Assembly: GCA_035502035.1 (NCBI GenBank)
Contig: DATJUZ010000049.1
Location: 5,475-69,474, forward strand
From: Thermoplasmata archaeon
GTDB taxonomy: Archaea > Thermoplasmatota > Thermoplasmata > Lutacidiplasmatales > UBA184
Direction of reading: 5' to 3'
DNA length: 64,000 bases
Of this stretch, positions 46,032 through 55,633 are shown piece after piece; within the stretch, counting starts at the first letter, position 1, and every line of letters starts with the position of its first letter. The notes beneath the pieces are model-generated. The model was not told the origin of the DNA. It worked only from the letters and a program-made list of their open reading frames with translations, and searched no databases. The position numbers and the translations under genes were made by a program.

Positions 46032-47335
46032 GAGACCCTCCGGTAGGCGGGCCGGCGCAGGACCCTCGCGAGCGGCTCGAGCGTCCAGTAGTCGTCCCAG
46101 TCGACGACCGGCCCGTGGACCCAGAGGTCGGCGAGGCGGACCCGGCGCTCGAGCCGCTCGAGGCGGACCGCGATCGGCTCGTCGGCCGGGTCGAGCCCGC
46201 CGGTCCGCTCGCGCATCGGCAGCGGCGACGGGCTGAGCAGGACCACCGGGAATCCCTGGCGCCGGATGTACGGGAGCAGGTCGAAGCCCGGGTCGCCGGC
46301 CCAGCTCGAGACGACGAGGACGGTGACCCCCGGACGGTAGAACCGCCGCAGGCCGAGGGCGCACCGCTCCGCTGGTCCGGCGACCTCCGCGCGCCGGGAC
46401 GCGAGGATCGCGCGGAGCAGGCGCACCCGATGGACCCTACCGGTCGAAAGGGGGACCGCCTCGACGAACTCGCCGAACGACGCGAAGCCGATGCGGACCT
46501 TGTTGCGCAGGAACGCCTCCGCGATCCCGTAGACCGCGGCGCGGGCGACGCCCAGGATCCGCTCGTCGAACTCCGGCCCGAACTCGCTCGGGCGGACATC
46601 CAGGACGACGACGAGGTCGCCGGTGCGCTCGAGCTGGTAGTCGTTCGCGAGCAGCCGCCCGGCCCGCGCGCTCGCCCGCCAGTTGATCCTCCGCGGCGGC
46701 TCGCCCGGCATCGCGACCCGGAGCCCGAAGAACTCGCCGCTCGCCCCGATCGTCCTCGACCGGCTCTCCCCTGGGGCCGGTATCGTCCGCTGCAGGCGCA
46801 GCGACGCCGAGCGCTGCAGGCCGGGAGGATACCGCTCGAGCCGAAGGTCCGGCCGCGCCCCTTCGAGGGTCCGCTCGGTGAGCCCGAGCGGGTCGCGCAG
46901 GACGACCCGGGGCGCCGGCACCGTGAGGATCGAGGGCTCGTGGAGCCGCCAGCGGAGGGTGAAGCGGACCTCGGTAGGACCCCGGGCGTAGCGGATCGGC
47001 GCGAGCTCGGTCACCCCGTCGACCGCGGGCATGACGACGCCAACGTCGCGGGACGCTCCCCCGAACCGTCCGCGCAGGACGCCGGTGACGACGACCTCGG
47101 AGCTGAGCCCCCCGGACTGCCAGGAGAGGTCGACCTCGGCGAGGCCGCCCGGCACGCGAAGGCCGGCGAGCACCGGCGCGAGCAGGAACGGGAGGCCGGC
47201 GAACAGCGGGACCGGGTTCCGGACCGCGACGGAGAGGACGGCGAGTCCGGCGCCGAAGCCGAGGAGCAGGTAGGTCCGGGGCGTCCAGCGGACCGGCTCG
47301 GGCGTCGGCTCGGGGACCGGCTCGTCCAGGTTCAC
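46028..47335 (-). CDS. DUF58 domain protein (MoxR-associated, vWA-like)
   Basis: N-terminal TMs, then DPLGL, GEFFGLR..PGEP.RRINWRASAR and VVVLD motifs. Confidence 0.9.
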   Translation of the reverse strand: MNLDEPVPEPTPEPVRWTPRTYLLLGFGAGLAVLSVAVRNPVPLFAGLPFLLAPVLAGLRVPGGLAEVDLSWQSGGLSSEVVVTGVLRGRFGGASRDVGVVMPAVDGVTELAPIRYARGPTEVRFTLRWRLHEPSILTVPAPRVVLRDPLGLTERTLEGARPDLRLERYPPGLQRSASLRLQRTIPAPGESRSRTIGASGEFFGLRVAMPGEPPRRINWRASARAGRLLANDYQLERTGDLVVVLDVRPSEFGPEFDERILGVARAAVYGIAEAFLRNKVRIGFASFGEFVEAVPLSTGRVHRVRLLRAILASRRAEVAGPAERCALGLRRFYRPGVTVLVVSSWAGDPGFDLLPYIRRQGFPVVLLSPSPLPMRERTGGLDPADEPIAVRLERLERRVRLADLWVHGPVVDWDDYWTLEPLARVLRRPAYRRVS

Positions 47336-47736
47336 GACCGCCTCTCGAGATCGTCGAGCCGCGCGGCGAGGTAGCGTCGGAACGCCTCCGGCGGCTGACG
47401 GACGAGCGCGGTGATCTCGGGGCCGGTCCGGGCGGGCAGGTCCGGCCGGTCGATCCGGCGCTCGAGGAGGTCGAGCGTCAGGACGATGTCCTCACGGCCC
47501 GGTTCGCCGCCCGCGAACGCCTCGCGGACGCTCCCGACGTGGACCGGCGGGGCGTAGACGCGGCGGGCCCGCTCGGTGCGGCGCTGGCGGAGCGGCTCGA
47601 TGAACGCGAGCGCGGCGGCGATCACCGCGACGGTCGCCGCCGGGACGGCGACCGAGTAGCGGGGCCCGGCGACGAACGTGACGACCAGGGCGACCCCGGC
47701 GACGAGCGGCCACCACCAGCCGATCGGCGCCTTCAC
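47332..47736 (-). CDS. Small membrane protein of the MoxR cluster
   Basis: Two N-terminal TMs. Overlaps both neighbours by 4 nt. Confidence 0.7.
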   Translation of the reverse strand: MKAPIGWWWPLVAGVALVVTFVAGPRYSVAVPAATVAVIAAALAFIEPLRQRRTERARRVYAPPVHVGSVREAFAGGEPGREDIVLTLDLLERRIDRPDLPARTGPEITALVRQPPEAFRRYLAARLDDLERRS

Positions 47737-48869
47737 TGCGGGGCCCCGCCCGCGACCAGGTCGTGCTCGACCGCCTGCATCGTCTGGACGTAGCGCTGCG
47801 CGTCGGCGTCGCCGAGCGCGTGGTTCGAGTAGCAGGCCTCCTCGAACATCCGCGTCACCATCTGCGACCGCTCCGAGGAGACGTGGAGGCGGCTGAGGAC
47901 GGTCCGCTCGATCTCGGCCGGCGTCGCGCTCGCGAGCCCGTGGACCCCGGGCCCGATCCCGTCGAGCAGTCGGCCGTACAGCCGGACGATCGTCTCCCGC
48001 GGGCTCTCGCCGGCCTCGATCGCGACCCGGGCGTCCCGGAACGCGAGACGGACCGCGCCGACGCCGGGGAGCCCGACCCCCGCTCCGCCGCCCCGCGGCC
48101 GATCGAGCAGACGCGACAGCACGCCAGGAACCGAGACGAGCGCGACCGTCGCCGAGAGGACCGCCGCGATCCCGAGGAAGACCCAGTTGGAGATGCTCAC
48201 GCGGACGCCGCCGGTCGACCGGGCCCCCGAGACGCCCCGGCTCGAACTGTTGTTGCCGTGGCCGTGACCGGGCCCGGTCGAATTGTTCCCGGTCCCGTTG
48301 CCGCTCCCGTTCCCGCCGGTCGCGTTGCCGCTGCCGTTACGGGTGGTGTTGTTGCCGGTGCCCCCGCCCCCGCCTTTCCCTCCGCCTTTCCCCCCGCCCC
48401 CGCCGCCGCCCCCGGTGGCGTTCGAGCTGTTCCCTCCCCCGCCTCCGCCGTGGTGGGAACCGGTGGTGTTGTTGGCGGAGCTGCCCGAGGTTCCCCCCCC
48501 GCCGTCGCTGTTCGGCCCGAGCGAGAGCTCGGTGCTGTGGTTCCAGCCCTCGTGCAGGATCGCCGCGGAGAGCAGCAGCACGACCCCGACCGCGAGCAGG
48601 ACGCTGACCGCGACCCGGATCGCCACCGAGACCCGGGTCATCAGGACCCACCGGACGACGTAGGCGAGGAGCCCGACCAAGAGCGGGCCGAAGAACAGCG
48701 CCCCCCACATCGGCGCCGAGAGCGAGACGTTCGCCTCGGCCGAGACGTGCTGGTCGATGATCGGGGCCGGACCGACCAGGACCGTCGAGCCGAGCCCTAC
48801 GAGGACGACGACCAGGACGAGGATCCCGACGCCGACGCTCGACAGCTTGAACCGACCCGACCGCGCCAT
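47733..48869 (-). CDS. DUF4129 domain membrane protein with Gly/Asn-rich low-complexity linker
   Basis: Four TMs and C-terminal PRETIVRLY...TPAEI...TRMFEEACYSNH. Confidence 0.8.
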   Translation of the reverse strand: MARSGRFKLSSVGVGILVLVVVLVGLGSTVLVGPAPIIDQHVSAEANVSLSAPMWGALFFGPLLVGLLAYVVRWVLMTRVSVAIRVAVSVLLAVGVVLLLSAAILHEGWNHSTELSLGPNSDGGGGTSGSSANNTTGSHHGGGGGGNSSNATGGGGGGGGKGGGKGGGGGTGNNTTRNGSGNATGGNGSGNGTGNNSTGPGHGHGNNSSSRGVSGARSTGGVRVSISNWVFLGIAAVLSATVALVSVPGVLSRLLDRPRGGGAGVGLPGVGAVRLAFRDARVAIEAGESPRETIVRLYGRLLDGIGPGVHGLASATPAEIERTVLSRLHVSSERSQMVTRMFEEACYSNHALGDADAQRYVQTMQAVEHDLVAGGAPQ

Positions 48870-48945
48870 GGTCCGACGGATATCCGGGCAAGGGGAGCAC
48901 CTCGGTTAACCCCTTGCGGGGACCCGCGGTCCCCCCGGTAGCCCC

Positions 48946-49869
48946 TCAGGCGGGGACCGGCAGGTGGGCGAGGTCGCGCTCGACCAGGGCGATGACGTCC
49001 CGGCACCGGCCGGCCGCCTCGGGGCCCATCGGGTGGGTCGAGTAGCGCGCCTCCTCGAAGAGCGTCGTCAGCTCCCGCGCGGCGGGGGGCCGTACGCCGA
49101 GCCGTTCGAGCACCGCCGCGCGGATCTCGGTCGCGGTGAGGTGGTCGATCCCGCCGACCCTCGGCTGGAGCTCGGCGAGCAGACGGAGGTACAGGCGCAC
49201 GATCGTCTCGCGCGGGTCGCCACCCTGGCGGATCGCCGCCCCGGCCTCCGCGACGGCCTCCCGGGCCCGGGCGCGCTCGGTCGGGGAGACCCGCACGGTC
49301 GGTCCGCGCCGGTCGAACACCCGGGAGAGCATGCCGGGCACCGCGAGCACCGCGACCACGGCCGACAGGCCGGCGACCCCGGCGATCGCCATCCACCCCG
49401 AGATGCGGATCAGCTCGGTCCCGGGGACGGGGGCGGACGAGCTGTTCCCGGGGCCGGAGCCTTTCGGCGACGGCGGGGACGACGAGTTGTTCCCCGCGGG
49501 GGGCGAGCCGTGGAAGTAGCCGACGTACGACGCGTTGCTGGAGCCCTGCGCGGCGAGGACGTAGACGAAGACGACCGCGACGAGCAGCAGGACGACCGCG
49601 ACCAGCATGCCGGTGCGCTGGATCACCGTCCCCCGGTGCGTGAGCCGACGGAGGAGGAGCGCGGCGACGCCGACCAGCAGCGGGCTCAGGAAGAACAGCC
49701 CCCAGAGCGTCTCCGGCAGGTCGACGATCAGCTCGCCGGCGCGGGGCTTGGGCGGCGTCGGCGCCGCGACGGCGAGCAGGCTCGCGACGATGCCCAAGGC
49801 GACCGCCACCCCGAGGACGACCGCGACCAGGCGCAGGCCGCGCGACGCCCCTGGCGCTCCGAGCGCCAT
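48946..49869 (-). CDS. DUF4129 domain membrane protein (paralog of 47733..48869)
   Basis: DPRETIVRLY...TATEI...LTTLFEEARYSTH motifs. Confidence 0.82.
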   Translation of the reverse strand: MALGAPGASRGLRLVAVVLGVAVALGIVASLLAVAAPTPPKPRAGELIVDLPETLWGLFFLSPLLVGVAALLLRRLTHRGTVIQRTGMLVAVVLLLVAVVFVYVLAAQGSSNASYVGYFHGSPPAGNNSSSPPSPKGSGPGNSSSAPVPGTELIRISGWMAIAGVAGLSAVVAVLAVPGMLSRVFDRRGPTVRVSPTERARAREAVAEAGAAIRQGGDPRETIVRLYLRLLAELQPRVGGIDHLTATEIRAAVLERLGVRPPAARELTTLFEEARYSTHPMGPEAAGRCRDVIALVERDLAHLPVPA

Positions 49870-49942
49870 CGACCTCGTTCCCCGAGCGGGTACCGTCCTT
49901 GCTGACGATACCCCTTGCGGGGGTCCGCGCGACGGGCTCCGC

Positions 49943-50836
49943 TCAGCGTTCGGCGGGCTCGGCAGGTGGCCCCGGCGGTGCGGGCTTGCTCAGCAGGTAG
50001 AAGCTCCGGCGCTCGTGCTCGATCGCGAGCGTGGCGAAGTCGTCGACGCCGTAGCCGAGGTCGAAGACGACCCGGAACGCGTCGCGCACGGCGTGTCGCC
50101 ACCGCCGGACGGCCCCGGGCTCGTGGGACCGGATCGAGGCGAGGTCGAACGGGATCTCGAGGTGGGCGGTAGCGCCCTCGGGCTCGGAGACCGCCGTCGG
50201 CAGCCGGAGGCCGGTCTCCCCGACCTCGGTCTCGACCAGCGCGCTCGCGGCCGACCAGCGCGCCCGGTCGTCCTCCGCCGCGGGGACCCCGCCCTGCAAC
50301 CGGCGCTCGACCGTCGGGTCGGCGAGCGGCCAGCGCATCCGCAACCGATCGCTCTCGTCCCGAGGGCCGTTCGACTCGGCGAGCTGTCCGAAGTAGTTCG
50401 CCCGGTACCCTTCGGCGCGGGCGCCGAGACGTCGGACGGAGAGGGAGGCGCTCGGTCGATGCACCGGGTCGACGCCCCAGCGGACCTCCCCCAGCCCGAG
50501 ACGGAGGACCTCCTCGCGCAGGATCGCCGCGAGCCGGAAGCCGACCCGGTGGTTCTGGTACTCCGGCCGTACGACCGTCGTCAGGACGTTCTGGTAGAGG
50601 ATGCTGCCGTCCCAGCCGAGGGTCGCGACGACCGCGCCGGCGAGATAGATGTCGGCGAACGCCCCGAGGACGATCCCGCCGTTGTCCTGGACGGTCTTGG
50701 CGAGCGGCGCGGGGACCGCGAGGGCCGCCTCGGGGCCGAGCGCCTCCCGCTGGAGCTCCTCGGCCTGCCGGAACTCCTCCGGCTTCTGGAGGGCGCGGAA
50801 CGTGAAGTCGCGCGGCTCGCCGGCGGCCTTCGCCAC
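49943..50836 (-). CDS. Predicted GNAT-family acetyltransferase
   Basis: GGIVLGAF, VRPEYQNHRVG, RWGVDP, NYFG and SDRLRMRW motifs. Confidence 0.75.
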   Translation of the reverse strand: MAKAAGEPRDFTFRALQKPEEFRQAEELQREALGPEAALAVPAPLAKTVQDNGGIVLGAFADIYLAGAVVATLGWDGSILYQNVLTTVVRPEYQNHRVGFRLAAILREEVLRLGLGEVRWGVDPVHRPSASLSVRRLGARAEGYRANYFGQLAESNGPRDESDRLRMRWPLADPTVERRLQGGVPAAEDDRARWSAASALVETEVGETGLRLPTAVSEPEGATAHLEIPFDLASIRSHEPGAVRRWRHAVRDAFRVVFDLGYGVDDFATLAIEHERRSFYLLSKPAPPGPPAEPAER

Positions 50837-50893
50837 GAGCGCTCGACCGGCGGACGCTACTTAATCGACCCGGTCCCGGGGGTACGGCAGGCC

Positions 50894-51319
50894 TTACCGC
50901 CGGAGGCGGAGCTCGGCGAGCTTCGTCTCGTACCGGCGCTCGTCCCGGGGGGTCAGCTCCCAGAGCAGCTCCTCGATCTCGGGGAGGTTGCGGAGGAACT
51001 CCGCCTTGCTCTTGGTGAGCATCAGGTGCTCGAACCGCTGGCGCGCGTAGAAGTAGGCCCCGACGAGGTAGCCGCCGATGATGATCAGGATCGGGCCGAG
51101 GATGACGAACAGCAGGTCGTAGTTGGCGCTCGGCTGGTTCGTCGCTCGATTGATCGACGTGAACGGGTAGGACTGGCTCAGCGGCGTGAAGAACCCGAGC
51201 GCGAGGATCGTGAGGAGGAAACCGGTCGCCAGGACCGCCACCGAGATCGCCGCCCGGCGGGCCCGCAGGGCGACGCGCAGCCGGTGCTCGAACGTCAGCG
51301 CCTCGGTCTCGGACGGCAT
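50894..51319 (-). CDS. DUF3198-like membrane protein
   Basis: Two TMs followed by FEHLM.TKSKAEFLRNL..IEEL.W.L. Confidence 0.65.
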   Translation of the reverse strand: MPSETEALTFEHRLRVALRARRAAISVAVLATGFLLTILALGFFTPLSQSYPFTSINRATNQPSANYDLLFVILGPILIIIGGYLVGAYFYARQRFEHLMLTKSKAEFLRNLPEIEELLWELTPRDERRYETKLAELRLRR

Positions 51320-51404
51320 GCCGAGGGGCGGACACGCCCCGCCTTAAGATTCTATCCGAGAACGCTCCGGGGGCCGCACCGGGGGCCTGCCTCGCGCTCC
51401 GCGG

Positions 51405-52193
51405 CTACGGGGCGCGCCGGTCGGGGGCGCTCTCTTCGGACGCCGGAAGCTCGGTCCGGCCGTACGGAAGGGGGCGGTCCCCGGAGGGCGGTCCCCTCGG
51501 GGCGCCGGGGGCGGGGACCGCCGCGAGCACGGCCCGGCGACCCCGGTAGGCGAGCGTCGCCCCCCCGAGCACGACCAGGGGCGCCGCCACGGCGCCGGCG
51601 GGGCCGACCAGCGGCCCGAGGCCGATCAGGAAGAACGCGACCAGGGCGAACAGGCCCCCGGCGAGCGGGCCCCCGACGCGGACCGCGCCGGAGCTCGCGT
51701 CGCGGCGGCTGAGGAGGCCGCCGGCGACCTCGAGCGCCACGACCGCGAGCGCCTCCACGGCGGCGGCGACGGTGCCGAGGACAGTCGGCGCCGCCGTGGT
51801 CCCGAGGTACGCCGAGACCACCGCGAGGGCGAGGATCGCCCCGATCCCTGCCCGGAAGGCGAGCGCATAGAACGGCAGGGCGGCGCCCCGGCCCCAGTAG
51901 ACGGTCCGCGCGAGGAAGAGCTGCGCGAGCTCGGTGCCGGCGACGAGCAGGCCGAGGAACAGCGCCGCGCCGGGAAGCGCGCCGTTGGCGGCCGAGTCGG
52001 CGAACAGGACGAACGCGACCGCGAGCGGCACCCCGACGAACAGGCCGACCGTGTAGCCTGCGAGGAGCTTGCGCTCGTCGAACAGCGTCACCGGGACCTG
52101 GGGGGCGGCGTACCGGCCGATCTCCCACCACAGGAACGCCCCCGAGAGCAGGACGCCGACAGCGCCCCCGATCGTCAGCGACGCGACGACCAT
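51405..52193 (-). CDS. Hypothetical multi-pass membrane protein
   Basis: Hydrophobic ORF (LFDERKL motif) directly downstream of trmI. Confidence 0.7.
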   Translation of the reverse strand: MVVASLTIGGAVGVLLSGAFLWWEIGRYAAPQVPVTLFDERKLLAGYTVGLFVGVPLAVAFVLFADSAANGALPGAALFLGLLVAGTELAQLFLARTVYWGRGAALPFYALAFRAGIGAILALAVVSAYLGTTAAPTVLGTVAAAVEALAVVALEVAGGLLSRRDASSGAVRVGGPLAGGLFALVAFFLIGLGPLVGPAGAVAAPLVVLGGATLAYRGRRAVLAAVPAPGAPRGPPSGDRPLPYGRTELPASEESAPDRRAP

Positions 52194-52195
52194 CG

Positions 52196-52966
52196 TCAGT
52201 CGACCTTCCGCCCCGCGGCGAGGAAGCCGGTGTGGCCGAGCATCTCGAACTCCGGTCGGGTCCCCCCGTCCCCTACGTGGATCGGACGCTCGATCAGCTC
52301 GAGCGCCCGCACCTCCTCGAACCGCTCGTCCCGCAGCGCACGGACGGTCCGCTCGAGCTGGTTGTACGTCGGGGTGTACGTCGCGAGCGAGCCGCCCGTC
52401 GCGAGCGCCTCCCGCGCCGAGCGCAGCACCGACCACGGTTCCGGCAGGTCGAGCACCACGCCGTGCACCGGCTCGCCCGGCAGGCCCGCAACGGCGACGT
52501 CGCGCAGGCGGAAGGCGACGCGGTCGAGGAGCCCGGAGCGTTCGACGTTGCGACGCGCCGCGTCCAGGAACTCCGGCCGCCGGTCGTAGCTCGCGACCCG
52601 CCCCTCCCGCCCCACCAGGGTCGCGAGGACGACCGTGAGGGCGCCGGAACCGGAGCCGGCCTCCGCGACCGAGGCCCCGGGGACCGCCCCGGCCAGGAAG
52701 GCGAGGTGGAACGCATCCTTGGGAGTGACGATCTGGGGGCCGCGCTCGAGCCCGCCCAGGAGGTCGGAGAGCGACGGACGCACGAGGCGGTACTGCCGGC
52801 CGAGCCAGGCGACCGTCCCCCCCGGCGCGCGACCGAGCTCGGCGGAGAGGTCGAGGACCGCGCTCCCTCCGACCGCCTGCGGCGTGGGGCGCAGCCGGAC
52901 GACCCTCGGCGCCTCGCCGGCGCGCACGAGGACCGCGACGTCCCCCTCGGCCCAGCCGTCGCTCAT
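52196..52966 (-). CDS. trmI: tRNA (adenine-57/58-N1)-methyltransferase
   Basis: RGPQIVTPKD, EAGSGSGALT, LDLPEPW and RP...MLGHTGFL motifs. Confidence 0.92.
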   Translation of the reverse strand: MSDGWAEGDVAVLVRAGEAPRVVRLRPTPQAVGGSAVLDLSAELGRAPGGTVAWLGRQYRLVRPSLSDLLGGLERGPQIVTPKDAFHLAFLAGAVPGASVAEAGSGSGALTVVLATLVGREGRVASYDRRPEFLDAARRNVERSGLLDRVAFRLRDVAVAGLPGEPVHGVVLDLPEPWSVLRSAREALATGGSLATYTPTYNQLERTVRALRDERFEEVRALELIERPIHVGDGGTRPEFEMLGHTGFLAAGRKVD

Positions 52967-53247
52967 GCCTAGGAGGGTTCTCCGTCCCGCGCGCACCCGC
53001 CCGGGGGGCGCCCGCGTGGCGCGCCGAGCCGCGCGAGGCGCTTAGCCTCTCGGTCGCGGCGGGCCCGGCCGTCGCCCGGACGGGCCCGGAACGACGCGCG
53101 CGCGGACGGCGGACCGGTCGGGCTTATAGTACCCGCCCGTGTCGGGGGCGCCCGGAGGGACCGACGACGCGCGGCGCACCGACGACGCACCGACCCGCGT
53201 CCGACGGCGGTCCTTCGTTCCCGGGGACGGGGCGGTCGCGACCTCAC

Positions 53248-53321
53248 GCGGGCATAGTGTAGTCTGGTTATCACATAGGCTTGCCAAGCCTATAACCCGG
53301 GTTCAAATCCCGGTGCCCGCA
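53248..53321 (+). tRNA. tRNA-Gly (GCC), intron-less, CCA not encoded
   Basis: Acceptor stem GCGGGCA/TGCCCGC, anticodon arm TAGGC-TTGCCAA-GCCTA and T arm CCGGG-TTCAAAT-CCCGG. Confidence 0.97.
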
Positions 53322-53436
53322 TCCTGAGCCCGGCCGCCCGCCTCCGGGGGGCCGGTGCCCCGGAAGGGGTTGCGCCCCCGCCGGCCCATCGACCGAAACG
53401 CCAAGAACGATTCCCTCTTCGGACGGCCCGACCCTC

Positions 53437-54477
53437 ATGGATTCCGGTGCGCTGGTACTCGAGACGCACGACCTCGGCTACTCGTACGCCCCCGGGAGGT
53501 TCGCCGTACGGCACCTGTCGGTCGGCCTGCGTCAGGGCGAGGTCCTCGGGCTGCTCGGGCGCAACGGGGCGGGCAAGACCACGACCGTTCGGCTCCTCAC
53601 GACGCTGCTCCCGCCGACCGAGGGGACGGCGACCGTGCTGGGCCAGGACCTGCGGACCGCCGGGCGCGGCCTGCGGTCCCGCCTCGGGGTCGTCCTCCAG
53701 TCCGAGTCGCTCGACTTCGTGACGGTCGAGCGGAACCTCACGCTGTACGCGTTCCTCTGGGGCGTGCCCCGGGAGCTGGCGAAGAGCCGCGCGGAGGAGA
53801 TGATCGAGCTCTTCGAGCTCGGACCGGCCCGCCGTCGCAAGCCGTGGGCGCTCTCGGGCGGGGAGCGCCGCCGGTTCCAGGTCGCCCGGGAGCTGATGCA
53901 CGACATGGAGATCCTCTTCCTGGACGAGCCGACCGTCGGGCTGGACGCGATCGCGCGCCGGCGCATCCTGAAGTACCTTCGGGAGCGGGCGCGCGGGGGC
54001 CTCTCGATCGTCTTCACGACCCACATCCTCCACGAGGCGGACCAGCTCTGCGACCGGATCGCCGTCCTGCACCTCGGCCGGCTCATCGCGCTCGACTCCT
54101 CCGAGGAGCTGAAGCGCCAGCACGGGGGCGCGCGGGAGGTCTCGCTGACGTTCGCCGCCCCGCTCTCCCCGGCCCACCGCGCGGAGCTCACGGGCGAGCT
54201 GGCCACCCGCGGCGCGGTCGCCGTGCCCCTGCCGGCGGACGCGGAAGCCTCCGGGGTCCTCGCCTTCCAGGCGCGCGACGCGGAGGAGCTGCTGCCCTGG
54301 ATCAGCGCGTGGTCGCATGCGAACGGGCTCGCGATCGACCGGATGTCCGTCGAGGCCGCGACCCTCGAAGGGGCGTTCCTCGGGATGATCGAGGAGACCG
54401 ACGAGGACGAGGGGGAGGGCGGGACCCGCCCGGCCCCCTCCGCCGGCGTTCCCGGCGGCGACGGGAGGGTCCCGTGA
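53437..54477 (+). CDS. ABC-2 type transporter ATP-binding protein
   Basis: GRNGAGKTT, LSGGE, FLDEPT and TTH motifs. Confidence 0.95.
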   Translation: MDSGALVLETHDLGYSYAPGRFAVRHLSVGLRQGEVLGLLGRNGAGKTTTVRLLTTLLPPTEGTATVLGQDLRTAGRGLRSRLGVVLQSESLDFVTVERNLTLYAFLWGVPRELAKSRAEEMIELFELGPARRRKPWALSGGERRRFQVARELMHDMEILFLDEPTVGLDAIARRRILKYLRERARGGLSIVFTTHILHEADQLCDRIAVLHLGRLIALDSSEELKRQHGGAREVSLTFAAPLSPAHRAELTGELATRGAVAVPLPADAEASGVLAFQARDAEELLPWISAWSHANGLAIDRMSVEAATLEGAFLGMIEETDEDEGEGGTRPAPSAGVPGGDGRVP

Positions 54478-55247
54478 GGCTCCCTCCCGTGCTGCGCCTC
54501 GTCGCCCGGAACTTCGCCTCCAACCTCGACCCGCTCACGATCATCATCCGGTTCGGCCAGCCGGCGATCACGATCGTGGTCCTCGGCACGATGTTCAGCT
54601 CGATCATCTCTTCGAACGTGACGGGGGGGACGACGTACACCGCGTTCCTCGTCCCGGGGATGGTCGCCTTCCAGATGATCACCGGAGGTGTGGTGTCGGG
54701 GAACCTTTTCTGGCTCGACCGTCGATGGGCGATGGTCGAGCAGATCTTCAGCGGGCCGTTCCTGCGCGCGGAGTACCTCGGCGGCCTCGTGCTCACGACG
54801 CTGCTGTTCTCGCTGGTCGGGGTCGGCGTGATGATGCTGGTCGGGCTGCCGTTCATCGGCGTTCCGTCGCTCTCGCCGCTCCGGGTCGGGGTCGTCCTCG
54901 TCACCGTGGCCCTCGGCAGCGTCTTCTTCGCCGGCCTGCTGATCGCCCTCGGCACCCGGCTGCGGTCGGCGAACGCCTACTTCACGATCCAGTCGTTCCT
55001 CCAGCTGTTCGTCATCTTCCTCTCGACCGTCTACTACCCGGTGACCTCGTCGACCCCGAAGGTCCTCGGCGTCATCTTCTACGGCAATCCGCTCACCTAC
55101 GCCGCGAACACGATCCGGGACGCCTTCTACCACACGCTCGGTTCGGGGGACCTGGTCTCGCTCGGCGTCCTCGGCGGATTGGCGGCGGCCGCGTTCGGGT
55201 CGGCGATCTGGGGTTTCCGCACGATGGACCTCGGCCCGATCCAGTGA
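54474..55247 (+). CDS. ABC-2 type transporter permease
   Basis: QP, YTAFLVPG, FLSTVYYP and NPLTYA motifs, about six TMs. Confidence 0.9.
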   Translation: MRLPPVLRLVARNFASNLDPLTIIIRFGQPAITIVVLGTMFSSIISSNVTGGTTYTAFLVPGMVAFQMITGGVVSGNLFWLDRRWAMVEQIFSGPFLRAEYLGGLVLTTLLFSLVGVGVMMLVGLPFIGVPSLSPLRVGVVLVTVALGSVFFAGLLIALGTRLRSANAYFTIQSFLQLFVIFLSTVYYPVTSSTPKVLGVIFYGNPLTYAANTIRDAFYHTLGSGDLVSLGVLGGLAAAAFGSAIWGFRTMDLGPIQ

Positions 55248-55633
55248 CCGGCCGGCCCGCCGACGTCCGGAGCCTGGCCGCCCGGAGAGCGGGGTGCTAG
55301 GCGTCCCCCGAGGTCGCCCCGCGGGCCCCTTCCCCGGGGGAACGGTCGGCGCCGTGGGGGCCGTGCCGAGGACCTCCGAAGCATCCTCCGCCGCGCTCCG
55401 TCGGACGCCGTCCGACGCACGCTCGGGGGCCGGAACGGCCCACCGGTGGCACCGCCTCTTCGAGGCCACGGAGCGTCGGGGCGCGGGGGCTGCCGCTGCG
55501 GAGGCGCTCCCCGGACCCTCCGGACGGGGACGACCGGCGCTCCGGTCGGCCGCCCCAGCGCTCGCGGGGGCCCTCGCGACAGCCGTCTCGGACCGGAGGC
55601 GACGCTTTTGGGGCGGACCGACTACCGGTCTCC

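Noticed and set aside
48240..48510. C-rich low-complexity tract as a microsatellite or phase-variation site
   Set aside because: It is explained by an in-frame poly-Gly/Asn linker using mixed codons.
53248..55247. Genomic island integrated at tRNA-Gly
   Set aside because: There is no integrase, no duplicated tRNA 3' end that I could find, and no visible compositional shift.
55248..55633. ~390-nt intergenic region as SRP RNA, RNase P RNA or a CDS
   Set aside because: I found no SRP helix-8 motif and no RNase P P4 motifs, and the ORFs there look like GC noise.
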